A stretch of DNA of 64,000 nt from a virus (Duplodnaviria; Caudoviricetes): positions 2,427 through 66,426 of the IMG/VR virus record IMGVR_UViG_3300032233_002329; one strand, written 5' to 3'. Below, piece after piece: positions 7,585 to 17,100 of this stretch (its first letter is position 1; every line of letters begins with the position of its first letter). The notes under the pieces were generated by a model. That model ran no database searches and was not told the origin of the DNA. It saw only the letters and a list, made by a program, of their open reading frames with translations. A program made the translations under genes and the position numbers.

Positions 7585-10308
7585 CTACCCAAATACAGCG
7601 TCATACCCCCCGTCTTCCTCGTCGTCGATCACGGCCTCGGGTTGCTCCTCCGCCTGCCTCGCGCGCGCGCACGTAGTGCCATTGTGCGTGTCTTTTGTCC
7701 GAACCACCCCGAGATCGCTGTCGTCCACTGCGGTCTTAGTTTGGACAGATTTCAGCGTGTCCGAACTAGGTTGAGCCTCCGCACGTGACAAATCCGGCAA
7801 GGCAGCAACGTCCTCGGTAACCACCGTTTGAGTTCGGACAACTTGCTCTTCGTCCGAATGTTTGTCCGAACTAGATCCCTTGCCCTGGAAGAACTCTGGG
7901 ATAGGTTCGGACAAAGGACACGAATTTAGAGACAACGCACGCGAGGTTCTGTAGATCAGATGGGCTCGGCCCTTGTTGTTGGGTACCCGATCACTAACCA
8001 TCAGTCCGTCCTCCACCCACCGATCCAGCCACCTGCCCACGGTCTTCTGTGAAGGCACCCGAGCTCGTTCTCCCTGTGCCCCCTGAACGCGCCCAAGCAG
8101 CTCCCTCCACACTTCCTCCCGGGTCATCCCCACCCGAGCCCGCTCCTCCGCCAACTGGGCCTTGCATCCTTGTTTGACGATGTCCAACACCAAAGTGAAC
8201 GGATCGGCATCCCCCTGCCCTTGGTCCTCGAGCCTCACCGTGGGTGTGTAGTCATCAACGGAGTACGCGAAGTTCTCGTCCCGCTTGACCTTGAGCAGAT
8301 CCCCTTCCCGTCCAGCCCTGGACTTCTTGATCTGGATCATCCGCACTGAGGACGGCGTCTCCCCTCTCTCCCTCAGGGTGTCCTTCTCGTCATCCGTGAG
8401 CTTCCTGAGGTGCCACTGCTCATCCACAGCATTGATCAGGTAGCGATTGCCCCTGACCTCGCCATTGGCGTTGTCGTGGTGGATCCAGATGATCGAGCAC
8501 GCCGGGAAGCCATCCTCAGCAGGGCTGCCATTTGCCTCGTTGTACCAGTACAGGGGCGTTGCGAAAGCCTTTTCGATTTCGGAGACCTGCATGCGACTTG
8601 AGCAGGATCCAATCGAATCCACGACAACCAAGACAGGCTTGTACTGCCTGACCCAATCCGCAAACTCCCGCATGTGGTTGAGCTGAAAGCCCCGGATCAC
8701 GTGGAAGTTCGGATCGGCTGGATCAATGTCGTTGTCCTGTAGGTCCCTCTTGAGCTTGGCCAGGGTCTGGTCGGACTGAATCCAAAGCACAGGGCCTTGG
8801 ACCACGTTCACATCGATGCCCCGGACACGCATGGCCCGCCCACTAAGGACCGCCTTAGCCAGGCCCATGCAGGCCGAGGTCTTACCCACACCACCAGAGG
8901 CATGCAGGATCACCTGCCCAGGCCGCACCAGCAGGTTGGGAATGATGTAGTTCTGATCGGCCACCTCGTCAAACCAGCGCGCCGAGGCGTTCTGGGCATC
9001 AGCCGACTTTTTGTACCGGTATTCCCCGAGGGCGGCTTCGCACTCCTTGCCGTTCATCCGGCGTCCGGTTTCAGCTGCTAGCTGACCCATCCGGTCAGAC
9101 CGCACCGAAGGATTGCGCTCCTTGTCGTAGATGCGCCCCAACTCCTCAAAGAAGTCGACCGAGCCCATCCGAACCAGAGGCGCCTCCTTGGTCACCTGGG
9201 CCCGGGCATCTTCCGGATAGTTGAAGCCAATCTCCTTGGCGATCTCCGCGACGTAGCGCTCGAGGTCCGGTCCCTGAGGCCGCTCGGCATGCAGATCGTT
9301 GACCGTGATCTTGTGGACGAAGTCCAAGGCATCACCCCCGACCCCACACGCCTTGCAATCCCAGCAGCCGCTCTCCTTGGAGTACTGAAAACTGGTACCG
9401 CTGCGTCCCCCATGCCATGGGCAACCACTCATGCCCTGGGGGTTGTCGCCGGCTCGCTCCTGCCAGCCGTACTTGTCGAACGTCGGGTGGTTGAAGATCA
9501 GATCAGCCAACCGAGGGCGAAGCCTTGCCTGTACCTCCTCTTTGAAGAACCAGCCGCGGATCTGCCTGCTGGGGATCGCTGTTTCTCCTAACTCGGCATC
9601 CAGCGCCTTCTGATCGGCATCACTCAGCCACTGGACCGGCTTGCGCTGCACCCGAAGCAGGTCCATGACCCACTCGGGAGCCATCGCGACTGCTCCACCG
9701 TTGTAGTTGAGGAACCGGTACCGCTTCTTGGTCTCCGGGTGGGGGCTGCCCGGCACCACGCTCTGGCAGGCGTTAAACCTGAGCACCACCTCTTGGTACT
9801 CCGGGTTGGTCTCGGCACCCGTCACCTTGCCGTCCTGGCGCTCCACATCGCTGTGGCCCATGTGCCAGACCCCATCAGCGCGCAGGATCAGGGTCTTGAC
9901 GTGGCGCAATTCAGGAACAACCGAGCCCGGCACCCGATACAGGATCTGCCTGCGCCCCTCACGCCCACTGGTCCAGGACATGGATGACTCCTGTCCGTAA
10001 GGCTCATAACCCGATCCAGCCGCGTCGCGGTACCTCTGGTCAGCCTCAGGACCATCAATATCCAAGGCAATCAGGCCACCACTGAATTCCCCGGTGACGA
10101 CACCGAGGCCGGCATAACCGGAATTGGCCTTGTACGCCTCGATGCACAGCTCCCTTGTGAGGGGCTTTTTGGCCCACTCTTTCACATAGGTGGCCTTGCC
10201 TGCCACTGGGATAAACGCCCACCAGGCCGGGAAAACGTCTCGGCGCAGCAGATCAATTGCCCTCCCCTCCAAATCAGGAGAAGGGCTTGCGGATGTTGTC
10301 GTGGTCAT
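7585..10308 (-). CDS. primase-polymerase / zinc finger / AAA helicase fusion
   Basis: Prim-Pol (GLGVVTG, LDIDG, VVPGSPHP); CPWH...CKACG zinc finger; Walker A ASGGVGKT and Walker B VVVDS; C-terminal helical/wHTH-like region. Confidence 0.88.
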   Translation of the reverse strand: MTTTTSASPSPDLEGRAIDLLRRDVFPAWWAFIPVAGKATYVKEWAKKPLTRELCIEAYKANSGYAGLGVVTGEFSGGLIALDIDGPEADQRYRDAAGSGYEPYGQESSMSWTSGREGRRQILYRVPGSVVPELRHVKTLILRADGVWHMGHSDVERQDGKVTGAETNPEYQEVVLRFNACQSVVPGSPHPETKKRYRFLNYNGGAVAMAPEWVMDLLRVQRKPVQWLSDADQKALDAELGETAIPSRQIRGWFFKEEVQARLRPRLADLIFNHPTFDKYGWQERAGDNPQGMSGCPWHGGRSGTSFQYSKESGCWDCKACGVGGDALDFVHKITVNDLHAERPQGPDLERYVAEIAKEIGFNYPEDARAQVTKEAPLVRMGSVDFFEELGRIYDKERNPSVRSDRMGQLAAETGRRMNGKECEAALGEYRYKKSADAQNASARWFDEVADQNYIIPNLLVRPGQVILHASGGVGKTSACMGLAKAVLSGRAMRVRGIDVNVVQGPVLWIQSDQTLAKLKRDLQDNDIDPADPNFHVIRGFQLNHMREFADWVRQYKPVLVVVDSIGSCSSRMQVSEIEKAFATPLYWYNEANGSPAEDGFPACSIIWIHHDNANGEVRGNRYLINAVDEQWHLRKLTDDEKDTLRERGETPSSVRMIQIKKSRAGREGDLLKVKRDENFAYSVDDYTPTVRLEDQGQGDADPFTLVLDIVKQGCKAQLAEERARVGMTREEVWRELLGRVQGAQGERARVPSQKTVGRWLDRWVEDGLMVSDRVPNNKGRAHLIYRTSRALSLNSCPLSEPIPEFFQGKGSSSDKHSDEEQVVRTQTVVTEDVAALPDLSRAEAQPSSDTLKSVQTKTAVDDSDLGVVRTKDTHNGTTCARARQAEEQPEAVIDDEEDGGYDAVFG

Positions 10309-10351
10309 CTAAGGTTGGGTCGCTTGAGACTCCAGTTGGAGCAACACTGTG

Positions 10352-10382
10352 GCCCTTCCCCTTGCAGCGGGGGAGGGCTTTT
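10352..10382 (+). terminator. terminator-like hairpin antisense to the primase leader
   Basis: 10-bp stem GCCCTTCCCC/GGGGGAGGGC followed by TTTT. Confidence 0.55.
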
Positions 10383-10476
10383 CTGTGTCGCTTTCCAACC
10401 AGCACAGAACACCGTAATGCCGCAACCGGAATCGGACAAGAGGCAACACTGCATCGTTCCGCTGAAAGGGTCTGGA

Positions 10477-10490
10477 CTTTCACGTGAAAG
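10477..10490. promoter_or_regulatory. perfect 14-bp palindrome in the divergent switch region
   Basis: CTTTCACGTGAAAG. Confidence 0.45.
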
Positions 10491-10558
10491 GTTTTAGTGT
10501 TCTCTCGAACAAAAGTGCTGCGTAGCCGCAGGTCTTTAACCCCAGGCGCCGTAACCCA

Positions 10559-11263
10559 ATGCTTCCAACACTGGCCGAAACAAAGACCCCCCTGGAGACT
10601 TTCGAACAGGGCAACCGGACCTTTGGCTTGCTGTTCACACGCTGGATGGACACCAACCGCTGGTCCCATCCGGTCATGGTCAACCTGGCCAAGTCATGCC
10701 TGGACAACGTGGGGTGGCTCCACTCCAGCCAGATCAGCGGCTTGCGGCACGTGAAACTGGCCAGCCCAGGTCCCCGGACGTTCGTGGCAATCGAACGGCT
10801 GAACTTCTACGTGCACCGGTACGCCACAACTAAAACACTGTTACCCAATACCTCCAGCAGCAACTTCTATTCGGAGGCGTACGCCATCACCGAGAACGAC
10901 GCTCCGCCTCCCCTTGGCTGGTGGGTAGAAGTCTTCTGTGGGCAGCGCATCCCCCAGGACATTGACCTCCACCAGAAATTCTTCAACGACGAGCAAGCCG
11001 AGAGCTTCTCGCTCCGCTGGGGGCACATGATTCGCCGTCTCATGATGCAGCGAGGGGTGGACGTGATCATGGAGCTCGAGAACGTAATCCGGACTAGCTA
11101 CGCGCCGCGCGATGCCGAACGGGTCAAACAGCTGATTGCTGTCATCCAAAACCGAGGCTTCTGGACCGCCACCCAATTGACCAACGAACTGCCGGCGATT
11201 ACAGCCTTGACCGCTGAAATGGGAGGTCCTGCAACGGAAAACGAATTGATGAGCGAGATTTAA
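10559..11263 (+). CDS. putative repressor-like protein (degenerate XRE-type N-terminus)
   Basis: Divergent from the replication block; WSHPVMVNLAK...LHSSQISGLRH...PGPRTF resembles an XRE HTH; no S24 peptidase motif seen. Confidence 0.45.
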   Translation: MLPTLAETKTPLETFEQGNRTFGLLFTRWMDTNRWSHPVMVNLAKSCLDNVGWLHSSQISGLRHVKLASPGPRTFVAIERLNFYVHRYATTKTLLPNTSSSNFYSEAYAITENDAPPPLGWWVEVFCGQRIPQDIDLHQKFFNDEQAESFSLRWGHMIRRLMMQRGVDVIMELENVIRTSYAPRDAERVKQLIAVIQNRGFWTATQLTNELPAITALTAEMGGPATENELMSEI

Positions 11264-11439
11264 GGGTGAAGGGCTGTATAGTGCTGCATAGCGCTGCACG
11301 CTCCTTTAATGCAAAATCCGCATAAAGCTTGCCAGCGCTGTCGATAGTGCCAGTAGCAGAAACTGCACTGCAGATGGTGGCAACGGGTGCTTGCACCCCC
11401 CAGCCATCCGGTTAGGGTCAGATTGCTGCAACTTGCAAC

Positions 11440-11814
11440 TTGACCATTTCTGCTACAGACGTCATCCCAATTACTTGGGATTACCTCGTGCTCAAGGCAA
11501 TCCACGTTTCCCCAGGTGTGATGAGGCCCCAAACACGCCTTATCTGCGAAGACGATGACGGTGGCTGGACTTCCGTGATTCGCTGTGACGACAGCTTCGC
11601 TGAGTACCTCAATCCATATGCCGAGCTACTCAACGCAGCCGAGGCTGGTCTTGACACCGAATACCCGGTGGTGCCCGTTGAGTTCAAAAACGGAAAGGGG
11701 GAGTTCAGCATCCAAGGAGCTGAGCTTGATTACCCCCACCTGCGCGACACACGCCTAAACAGGCTCCGCGCCATACACAGCGCCCTGACCATCCCAAAGA
11801 AACCGCTTTTCTGA
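11440..11814 (+). CDS. hypothetical protein
   Basis: 124-aa ORF with protein-like composition; start uncertain. Confidence 0.55.
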   Translation: MTISATDVIPITWDYLVLKAIHVSPGVMRPQTRLICEDDDGGWTSVIRCDDSFAEYLNPYAELLNAAEAGLDTEYPVVPVEFKNGKGEFSIQGAELDYPHLRDTRLNRLRAIHSALTIPKKPLF

Positions 11815-11820
11815 ATTTGG

Positions 11821-11849
11821 TTGACTCTTTCGGGAAACCCGTCTAGGAT
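11821..11849 (+). promoter_or_regulatory. sigma-70-type promoter
   Basis: TTGACT-N17-TAGGAT. Confidence 0.7.
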
Positions 11850-11870
11850 GGATTCAGTCGATCCCCAGGT

Positions 11871-12047
11871 TTGGGCACCAAGCACCGTCTCTACGGCCAG
11901 CCAAAGGCAAAGCGGCATCTGTATCTCACAGACACCGCTCACCAACACCTTGTCGACTTGGCATCCGGCTCCGGCACGTCTCCTTCTGAGGTCTGCGAGC
12001 AGATCATCAGGAATCACGCCACCGCCACCGCCATTCCATCCACCTAG
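11871..12047 (+). CDS. ribbon-helix-helix protein (58 aa, TTG start), missed by the ORF track
   Basis: MGTKHRLYGQPKAKRHLYLTDTAHQHLVDLASGSGTSPSEVCEQIIRNH...: beta strand, helix, GxS-x-SE turn, helix. Confidence 0.65.
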   Translation: MGTKHRLYGQPKAKRHLYLTDTAHQHLVDLASGSGTSPSEVCEQIIRNHATATAIPST

Positions 12048-12061
12048 GCACTTTTAGCCAC

Positions 12062-12601
12062 ATGACAACCGCATTTCTTTCCCGGGAACTCATTGAGGAA
12101 ATCTCAAAAGAGTCAACTGGTAACGGCCGCTATCTCAACCCAGCCAAGATCCAAGGCGAGGTCCGAGTTCGCTTGGTAGGCCGAGGCATAACCGGCTTCG
12201 GCTCCTGGACCCTCGACAAAAAGCCCATCCGCTGGCAGTCCCGCCCTTCCGAGCTTCCCGCCAACCTTGCCCCTGACCGCAACGGCAACGTCTCGGTCAA
12301 GCGCTTCATCGCGAGCCTGGTCTACGACTACTCGAGCGCTGACTTCAAGATCATGGAGATCACCCAGAAATCCTTGATGGACCAGCTGTTCAAGTTCGTC
12401 AAAGACGATGACTACGGCGACCCCAGCGGCTACGACATCAAGATCGGCCGGACCGGAGAGGGCCTCGACACGCAGTACACCCTGGTTGCTGCACCCCCCA
12501 AGCCCCTAACCAAGGAGATCGTTGCAGCCCTTGAAAAGCTCAACGTCAACATGGAAGCCCTGTTTGACGGAGACGACCCCTTCGCCAGTCCCGCTGCCTG
12601 A
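12062..12601 (+). CDS. putative single-stranded DNA-binding protein
   Basis: YDIKIGRTGEGLDTQYTL motif, acidic DGDDPF tail, located beside the exonuclease. Confidence 0.6.
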   Translation: MTTAFLSRELIEEISKESTGNGRYLNPAKIQGEVRVRLVGRGITGFGSWTLDKKPIRWQSRPSELPANLAPDRNGNVSVKRFIASLVYDYSSADFKIMEITQKSLMDQLFKFVKDDDYGDPSGYDIKIGRTGEGLDTQYTLVAAPPKPLTKEIVAALEKLNVNMEALFDGDDPFASPAA

Positions 12602-12619
12602 TTCATCCAATTCCTGAAC

Positions 12620-12646
12620 AGGGTGGGCCCCAACCCACCCTTTTTT
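12620..12646 (+). terminator. intrinsic terminator
   Basis: AGGGTGGG-CCCCAA-CCCACCCT followed by TTTTT. Confidence 0.8.
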
Positions 12647-12672
12647 GTAGGATTGCTCAAAGCTTTTCGACC

Positions 12673-12924
12673 ATGGCAACACAGCGGCCCAGTCTTCTCC
12701 ACGTTTATGCACGAAATGTGGAGCACTGCGCATTCAAACGCGGCTGGCCAACCCAAAAGCTTGCGCATGAGTTGGGCATCACGCTCAACACTCTCAACCG
12801 CATTCGCTTTGGTCGCAGCCGCTATTTAGACCCCGAAGTGTTTACCGCTCTAATCGAGCTATTTGCCTGCGAGCCCAACGACCTTTTGCTTCCCCAACCA
12901 GGCATCGACTACTTCAGTGACTAA
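12673..12924 (+). CDS. XRE/Cro HTH regulator
   Basis: TQKLAHELGITLNTLNRIRFG...LIELFACEPNDLL. Confidence 0.85.
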   Translation: MATQRPSLLHVYARNVEHCAFKRGWPTQKLAHELGITLNTLNRIRFGRSRYLDPEVFTALIELFACEPNDLLLPQPGIDYFSD

Positions 12925-13624
12925 CCCTCCCATTGAACAGCGCATCCGCGCCCTCCCGTTGTACGAACCCATCCGTTCACACGACGGCGACGAGCGCGCC
13001 TACGACACACCTGTAGGTAAGTGCCCGTCAGTCACCACCATCCTTTCCGGGTCCCGCGATCAATCCAGTCTCGAATCCTGGCGCGACGCTGTCGGTCACG
13101 AGCGCGCTGACTTCATCTCCTCGCTCGCCTGTTACCGCGGCACCAAGCATCACCTCTGGACAGAGGATTACCTCCGCGACGGCACCGAGCCCGGCTTCGA
13201 CTTCCTCAATACCCCGTATTGGAATTCGACCCGTTCATTCCTCGACACCATCGATAAAACATTGTTGATGGAGGGTGCTATTTGGCATCCAATGGGTTAT
13301 GCCGGGACCCTGGATTGCATTGCCTACCTAGCCGACGATGGCCTCCAACCAACCCTCTTAGACTGGAAGACGGCTGACAGCAAGCGCAAGCCCGACAAGA
13401 TCTACGAGTACTCGTTGCAGTGTGCTGCCTACGTCGCAGCCGCTAACTACGTGTACGGCCACATGGGTCTGTGCATAGGTCAGGCCAAGATCGTCGTCGC
13501 CTTACCCGATGACGAACCTCAGATCGAGACCTTCGATGCAAAGGCATTGGAGCAACTGTTCAAGCACTTCCAGGCTCGCTTCCAACGCTTCACCTTTGCC
13601 AAGTCAAGACGGAGGAAGAAGTGA
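12917..13624 (+). CDS. PD-(D/E)XK exonuclease (Cas4/lambda-exonuclease-like)
   Basis: PSVTTILS, GYAGTLDC, LDWKT, LQCAAY; GTG start at 12917. Confidence 0.85.
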   Translation: MTNPPIEQRIRALPLYEPIRSHDGDERAYDTPVGKCPSVTTILSGSRDQSSLESWRDAVGHERADFISSLACYRGTKHHLWTEDYLRDGTEPGFDFLNTPYWNSTRSFLDTIDKTLLMEGAIWHPMGYAGTLDCIAYLADDGLQPTLLDWKTADSKRKPDKIYEYSLQCAAYVAAANYVYGHMGLCIGQAKIVVALPDDEPQIETFDAKALEQLFKHFQARFQRFTFAKSRRRKK

Positions 13625-13998
13625 CGAAGAAAACATCGGCCAAAGTCGAGTACCTAAGCCATGCTCTCCTGGCAACACTTGTGGGCCAGGTTGCGGCTAC
13701 ACGTGATATTCCATTTGAGAATCTCCTCGACTACAAATCCCTTGAGGTAAAGGCTATAGAGAAAGAGCTGAACAATTTTGGCATCCATCCTGAAGGCTTG
13801 GCCCGCAATGTCTTATTGGCCCTTGGAATGTTGTTCAGCTCTCCCGAGACTGCTAACCGAATCGTCGACGTCTTGACAGAAGAACTCTGGGAAGTTTTGG
13901 GCGACCCCCAAAGCGGATCACCACCTGAGCTGTACCGGAAAGCCGGCGTTTCCATGTTTACCACGATCCTCGCAATCCTCCGCCCCAGTGATGACTGA
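13621..13998 (+). CDS. hypothetical protein
   Basis: Overlap-coupled to both neighbours. Confidence 0.6.
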   Translation: MTKKTSAKVEYLSHALLATLVGQVAATRDIPFENLLDYKSLEVKAIEKELNNFGIHPEGLARNVLLALGMLFSSPETANRIVDVLTEELWEVLGDPQSGSPPELYRKAGVSMFTTILAILRPSDD

Positions 13999-14578
13999 AC
14001 CCTTCATTCCACGCCTGATTGGCCTGTACAGCCCAGCCCCCCAATCAGGCAAATCCACAGTCGCCAGCTACCTCACCGAGCACGGCTTCTACAACATCCC
14101 ATTCGCCGCCCCACTCAAGCGGATGATCCGCACCTTCCTTGTACAAGTGGGCTACGGACCAGACGAAATTGATCGCTTGATTACCGAGCGTAAAGAAGAG
14201 CAGATCCCGGGGATCAACGTGACACCTCGCCACTTGATGCAAACCCTGGGCACCGAATGGGGCCGCACCTGTGTCCATCCAGATGTCTGGCTGCAGTGCT
14301 GGCAGATGACAGCCACCCGCTACATCAAATCCGGCACCCCCGTTGTTTGTGATGACGTCCGCTTCCCCAACGAAGCCAACCTGATCCGTTCCCTGGGTGG
14401 CGAACTCTGGCAAATCGAACGCTCCGAAGCCACCCGTAACTCCGAGCACGCCAGCGAAGGATCCCTCGATGGCTTCCCCTACTTCGACCGCCGGATCGAC
14501 AACAACGCTTCTCTGCTGGATCTGTACCAGCGCATCAACCGCGTGATTCAACCCACCCCTGCCGCTCTTAGCCACTAA
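13991..14578 (+). CDS. deoxynucleoside monophosphate kinase
   Basis: P-loop QSGKST, FAAPLK, PRHLMQTLGTEWGR, DDVRFPNE, HASE. Confidence 0.9.
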   Translation: MTEPFIPRLIGLYSPAPQSGKSTVASYLTEHGFYNIPFAAPLKRMIRTFLVQVGYGPDEIDRLITERKEEQIPGINVTPRHLMQTLGTEWGRTCVHPDVWLQCWQMTATRYIKSGTPVVCDDVRFPNEANLIRSLGGELWQIERSEATRNSEHASEGSLDGFPYFDRRIDNNASLLDLYQRINRVIQPTPAALSH

Positions 14579-14580
14579 CC

Positions 14581-14817
14581 ATGAAAACCATCCAACGCAC
14601 AGGCAAGATCCACTCCGAGCCCGGCCCCTTGGCACAGCATCCCTGGACCTATCGCCTCGGTCAAGACGTCTACGTAGCTGGTCATTCCCAGTTCAGTTAC
14701 AAGGTCACCGGTGGCGAACTGTGGCTGGGATTCCCCCACTACCACCTGCTGGATGCCGACGGCCACACCTGGCGGATCACACAGCTCCGGGTGTCTAGCA
14801 AGCCCATCCCGGTCTGA
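14581..14817 (+). CDS. hypothetical protein
   Basis: In-operon ORF, small and beta-rich. Confidence 0.6.
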   Translation: MKTIQRTGKIHSEPGPLAQHPWTYRLGQDVYVAGHSQFSYKVTGGELWLGFPHYHLLDADGHTWRITQLRVSSKPIPV

Positions 14818-14820
14818 GCA

Positions 14821-15540
14821 ATGGACCCCTATTTCCGCGTCAAAGTCCTATCCCGGACTCCATCCCCCCAAAGCTTGATCTGGTGGGCAATGCACACCGA
14901 TTATTCGGAGGAATTTGTCTACTCCGGAGGTCACCCTGGTGAAACCGAGGCCGGCGCCCTAGTCGTCAAACACCTCCTCGCAGGCGAACGTGGTCACTAC
15001 GGCCCACTCGAGCACCCCGCCATCACCTTCAACTGTGGCTGGTTCCCCCACTCGGTGATGCAGCAGGCTCGCACCCACCGTGTGGGCATCAGCTTCGATG
15101 TGCAATCCGGCCGGTACACGGGTAAGCGTGTTCTCGATGTCTGCGAAGGCATCCGTGACGTCGAGGAAGTCTTCTACCTACGCCCCGCCGGCCTCTACCG
15201 AGACCGTCAAGGCAAGAGCTATGAGTACACCGAAGACCAGCGCTTGGTGGACCGGTTGGTGTGCTGCGACCACGCCAGCCGTTACCTCCGGGCCATCAAC
15301 AATGGCTTCTCTGAAGAGCACGCCCGGGACATGCTCCCGTACTGCATCCGCCAACACTTCGTCGTCTCCTTCAACCTGCGAAGCGCCTGGCACTTCATGG
15401 ATTTGAGGGCCAAGCGCGACGCCCAGCTCGAGATCCAACAACTGTGTGACCTGATCTGGCCCCACCTGCAGGTTTGGGCCCCCGAGATCTGCGAGTGGTA
15501 CCACACCACACGCCTACACAAAGCCCGGTTAGCCCCATGA
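14821..15540 (+). CDS. thyX: FAD-dependent thymidylate synthase
   Basis: GHYGPLEH and RTHRVGISFDVQSGRY (ThyX signature). Confidence 0.95.
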   Translation: MDPYFRVKVLSRTPSPQSLIWWAMHTDYSEEFVYSGGHPGETEAGALVVKHLLAGERGHYGPLEHPAITFNCGWFPHSVMQQARTHRVGISFDVQSGRYTGKRVLDVCEGIRDVEEVFYLRPAGLYRDRQGKSYEYTEDQRLVDRLVCCDHASRYLRAINNGFSEEHARDMLPYCIRQHFVVSFNLRSAWHFMDLRAKRDAQLEIQQLCDLIWPHLQVWAPEICEWYHTTRLHKARLAP

Positions 15541-15710
15541 AACCCTTTCACCTAACCGTGAGCGCCACCGCGTCCGGTGATTACAAATGGACCCTGTATC
15601 ACGGCCCCGATGGGGTATTCACCGACTGCGGAACCTGCACTCAGCTTGAAGCGGTCTTCGAAGCAATCAAAGAAGCCGAGCTCGATCTGGCTCAGAGCTT
15701 GACCCCGTGA
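15537..15710 (+). CDS. hypothetical protein (57 aa)
   Basis: ATG overlaps the thyX stop. Confidence 0.55.
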   Translation: MKPFHLTVSATASGDYKWTLYHGPDGVFTDCGTCTQLEAVFEAIKEAELDLAQSLTP

Positions 15711-15946
15711 ACCTAAGCCGCTTCTACCTGGCACTCCTCACCCGGGTTTTTGGTCCCCTGGAAATCAAGCACGACTCGAAAGCCAGCCCCACCCTCGACC
15801 CGGCTCATCTTCCCTTGGACACGAAGCCCATCCACATCCATCCGGCCAATGGACGTCCACTCCCCATTCAACAAGACATCCCAGCCGGCCCCCATAACCA
15901 AAAGACCACCTCTTCCTATTACCTTGACTCAACCAGATTTGGTTGA
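15707..15946 (+). CDS. hypothetical protein
   Basis: GTG start overlapping the previous stop. Confidence 0.4.
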   Translation: MNLSRFYLALLTRVFGPLEIKHDSKASPTLDPAHLPLDTKPIHIHPANGRPLPIQQDIPAGPHNQKTTSSYYLDSTRFG

Positions 15947-15956
15947 CAATGCCTAA

Positions 15957-16826
15957 ATGGCCCAATCCGAAATCAACTCCTATCTATCCGAAATCGGACG
16001 GCACCCAGTCCTAGGGCGTGAAGCGCAACTGCGGCATTGTCGCCGCATCCACGCATGGATTCACCACGAGGGCGGGAAGACCCTGGCACCCTCTCATGTC
16101 CAACGCCATGGCAAACGTTCCATGGAAGTAATGATCCGCACCAACCTGCGGCTCGTCGTCTCCATCGCCAAGCGCTATCAGAACCGTGGCCTTGACCTGG
16201 CTGACCTCATCCAAGAAGGCAACCTTGGCCTGATGCGTGGCCTAGAGCTGTATGACCCAACCCGTGGCTACGCCGTATCCACCTACGCCTACTGGTGGAT
16301 CCGTCAGGCCATCAATCGTGCCATCCACAGCTACGCACGGGCCATTCGCCTACCCATTAACACCCACGAACTGCTGTCTCGTATTGACCGTTTCACCCGT
16401 GAATACAGCCTGCTGAACGGCCACGCTCCCAGCTCAGCTCAGATTGCCGAGTACGCAGGCACCAGCCCTGAGCGCATCCATCAAGTCCTGTTGACGCACA
16501 GCTTGACCACTTGTACCTCGTTGGACGTCACGACCAAGGAAAAAGGCAGCGCGATCGTCGATTTAATTGCCAGCCCAACACGTACAGACGTATCCGATCC
16601 AGACGATGCGCTGCAGCTCGCCTCAAATCGCGAAATCATCGAAAGAGCCCTTGCCCACTTAGCCGAGAACGAAGCAAAGGTCATCCAAGGTGTCTTCTTA
16701 CACAACCAAAGCTTGAAGGATCTGGCTATCGAGCTGGGAGTCAGCCGTTCCCGTGCCAGCCAACTACAGCAAACGGGGCTACGCAAACTACGTTTGATCC
16801 TGGCGATGCAAGGCAATGCCCCTTGA
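15957..16826 (+). CDS. RpoD/group-2-like sigma-70 factor
   Basis: Region 2 NLRLVVSIAKRY...DLIQEGNLGL...STYAYWWIRQAI; region 4 HTH LKDLAIELGVSRSRASQL. Confidence 0.93.
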   Translation: MAQSEINSYLSEIGRHPVLGREAQLRHCRRIHAWIHHEGGKTLAPSHVQRHGKRSMEVMIRTNLRLVVSIAKRYQNRGLDLADLIQEGNLGLMRGLELYDPTRGYAVSTYAYWWIRQAINRAIHSYARAIRLPINTHELLSRIDRFTREYSLLNGHAPSSAQIAEYAGTSPERIHQVLLTHSLTTCTSLDVTTKEKGSAIVDLIASPTRTDVSDPDDALQLASNREIIERALAHLAENEAKVIQGVFLHNQSLKDLAIELGVSRSRASQLQQTGLRKLRLILAMQGNAP

Positions 16827-17100
16827 ACCTGTCGATCACATAAACAGCGGGCTATTCCTGTATCCCAGGATTGTCTTCGACCCTGCTTTTATCGGCTGGG
16901 GACGCAGGCCGGGAGACCCTACTCCTATCACCATCTACGCCTATTTACCCTGTGTGAATGCCTGTATGAAGTGGTACAACATGAGCCATGAGGAAGCCGC
17001 CGAGTACGTCACAGCACAGGTAGAGAGTTACTGGCGCGGTCCCTCCACGCCAATGATCATTTCAACCGGAATCCCGGCCGATCTGGAGGCACTGCTGTGA
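16816..17100 (+). CDS. hypothetical protein
   Basis: Overlap-coupled ORF. Confidence 0.6.
   Translation: MPLEPVDHINSGLFLYPRIVFDPAFIGWGRRPGDPTPITIYAYLPCVNACMKWYNMSHEEAAEYVTAQVESYWRGPSTPMIISTGIPADLEALL

Noticed and set aside
11821-12057. Listed 78-aa ORF
   Set aside because: It starts on the -35 hexamer and is Ser/Pro-rich; the RHH ORF at 11871-12047 in another frame is more credible.
12917-13624. Cas4 as evidence of a CRISPR system
   Set aside because: Stand-alone PD-(D/E)XK exonuclease beside an SSB-like gene; ordinary phage recombination context.
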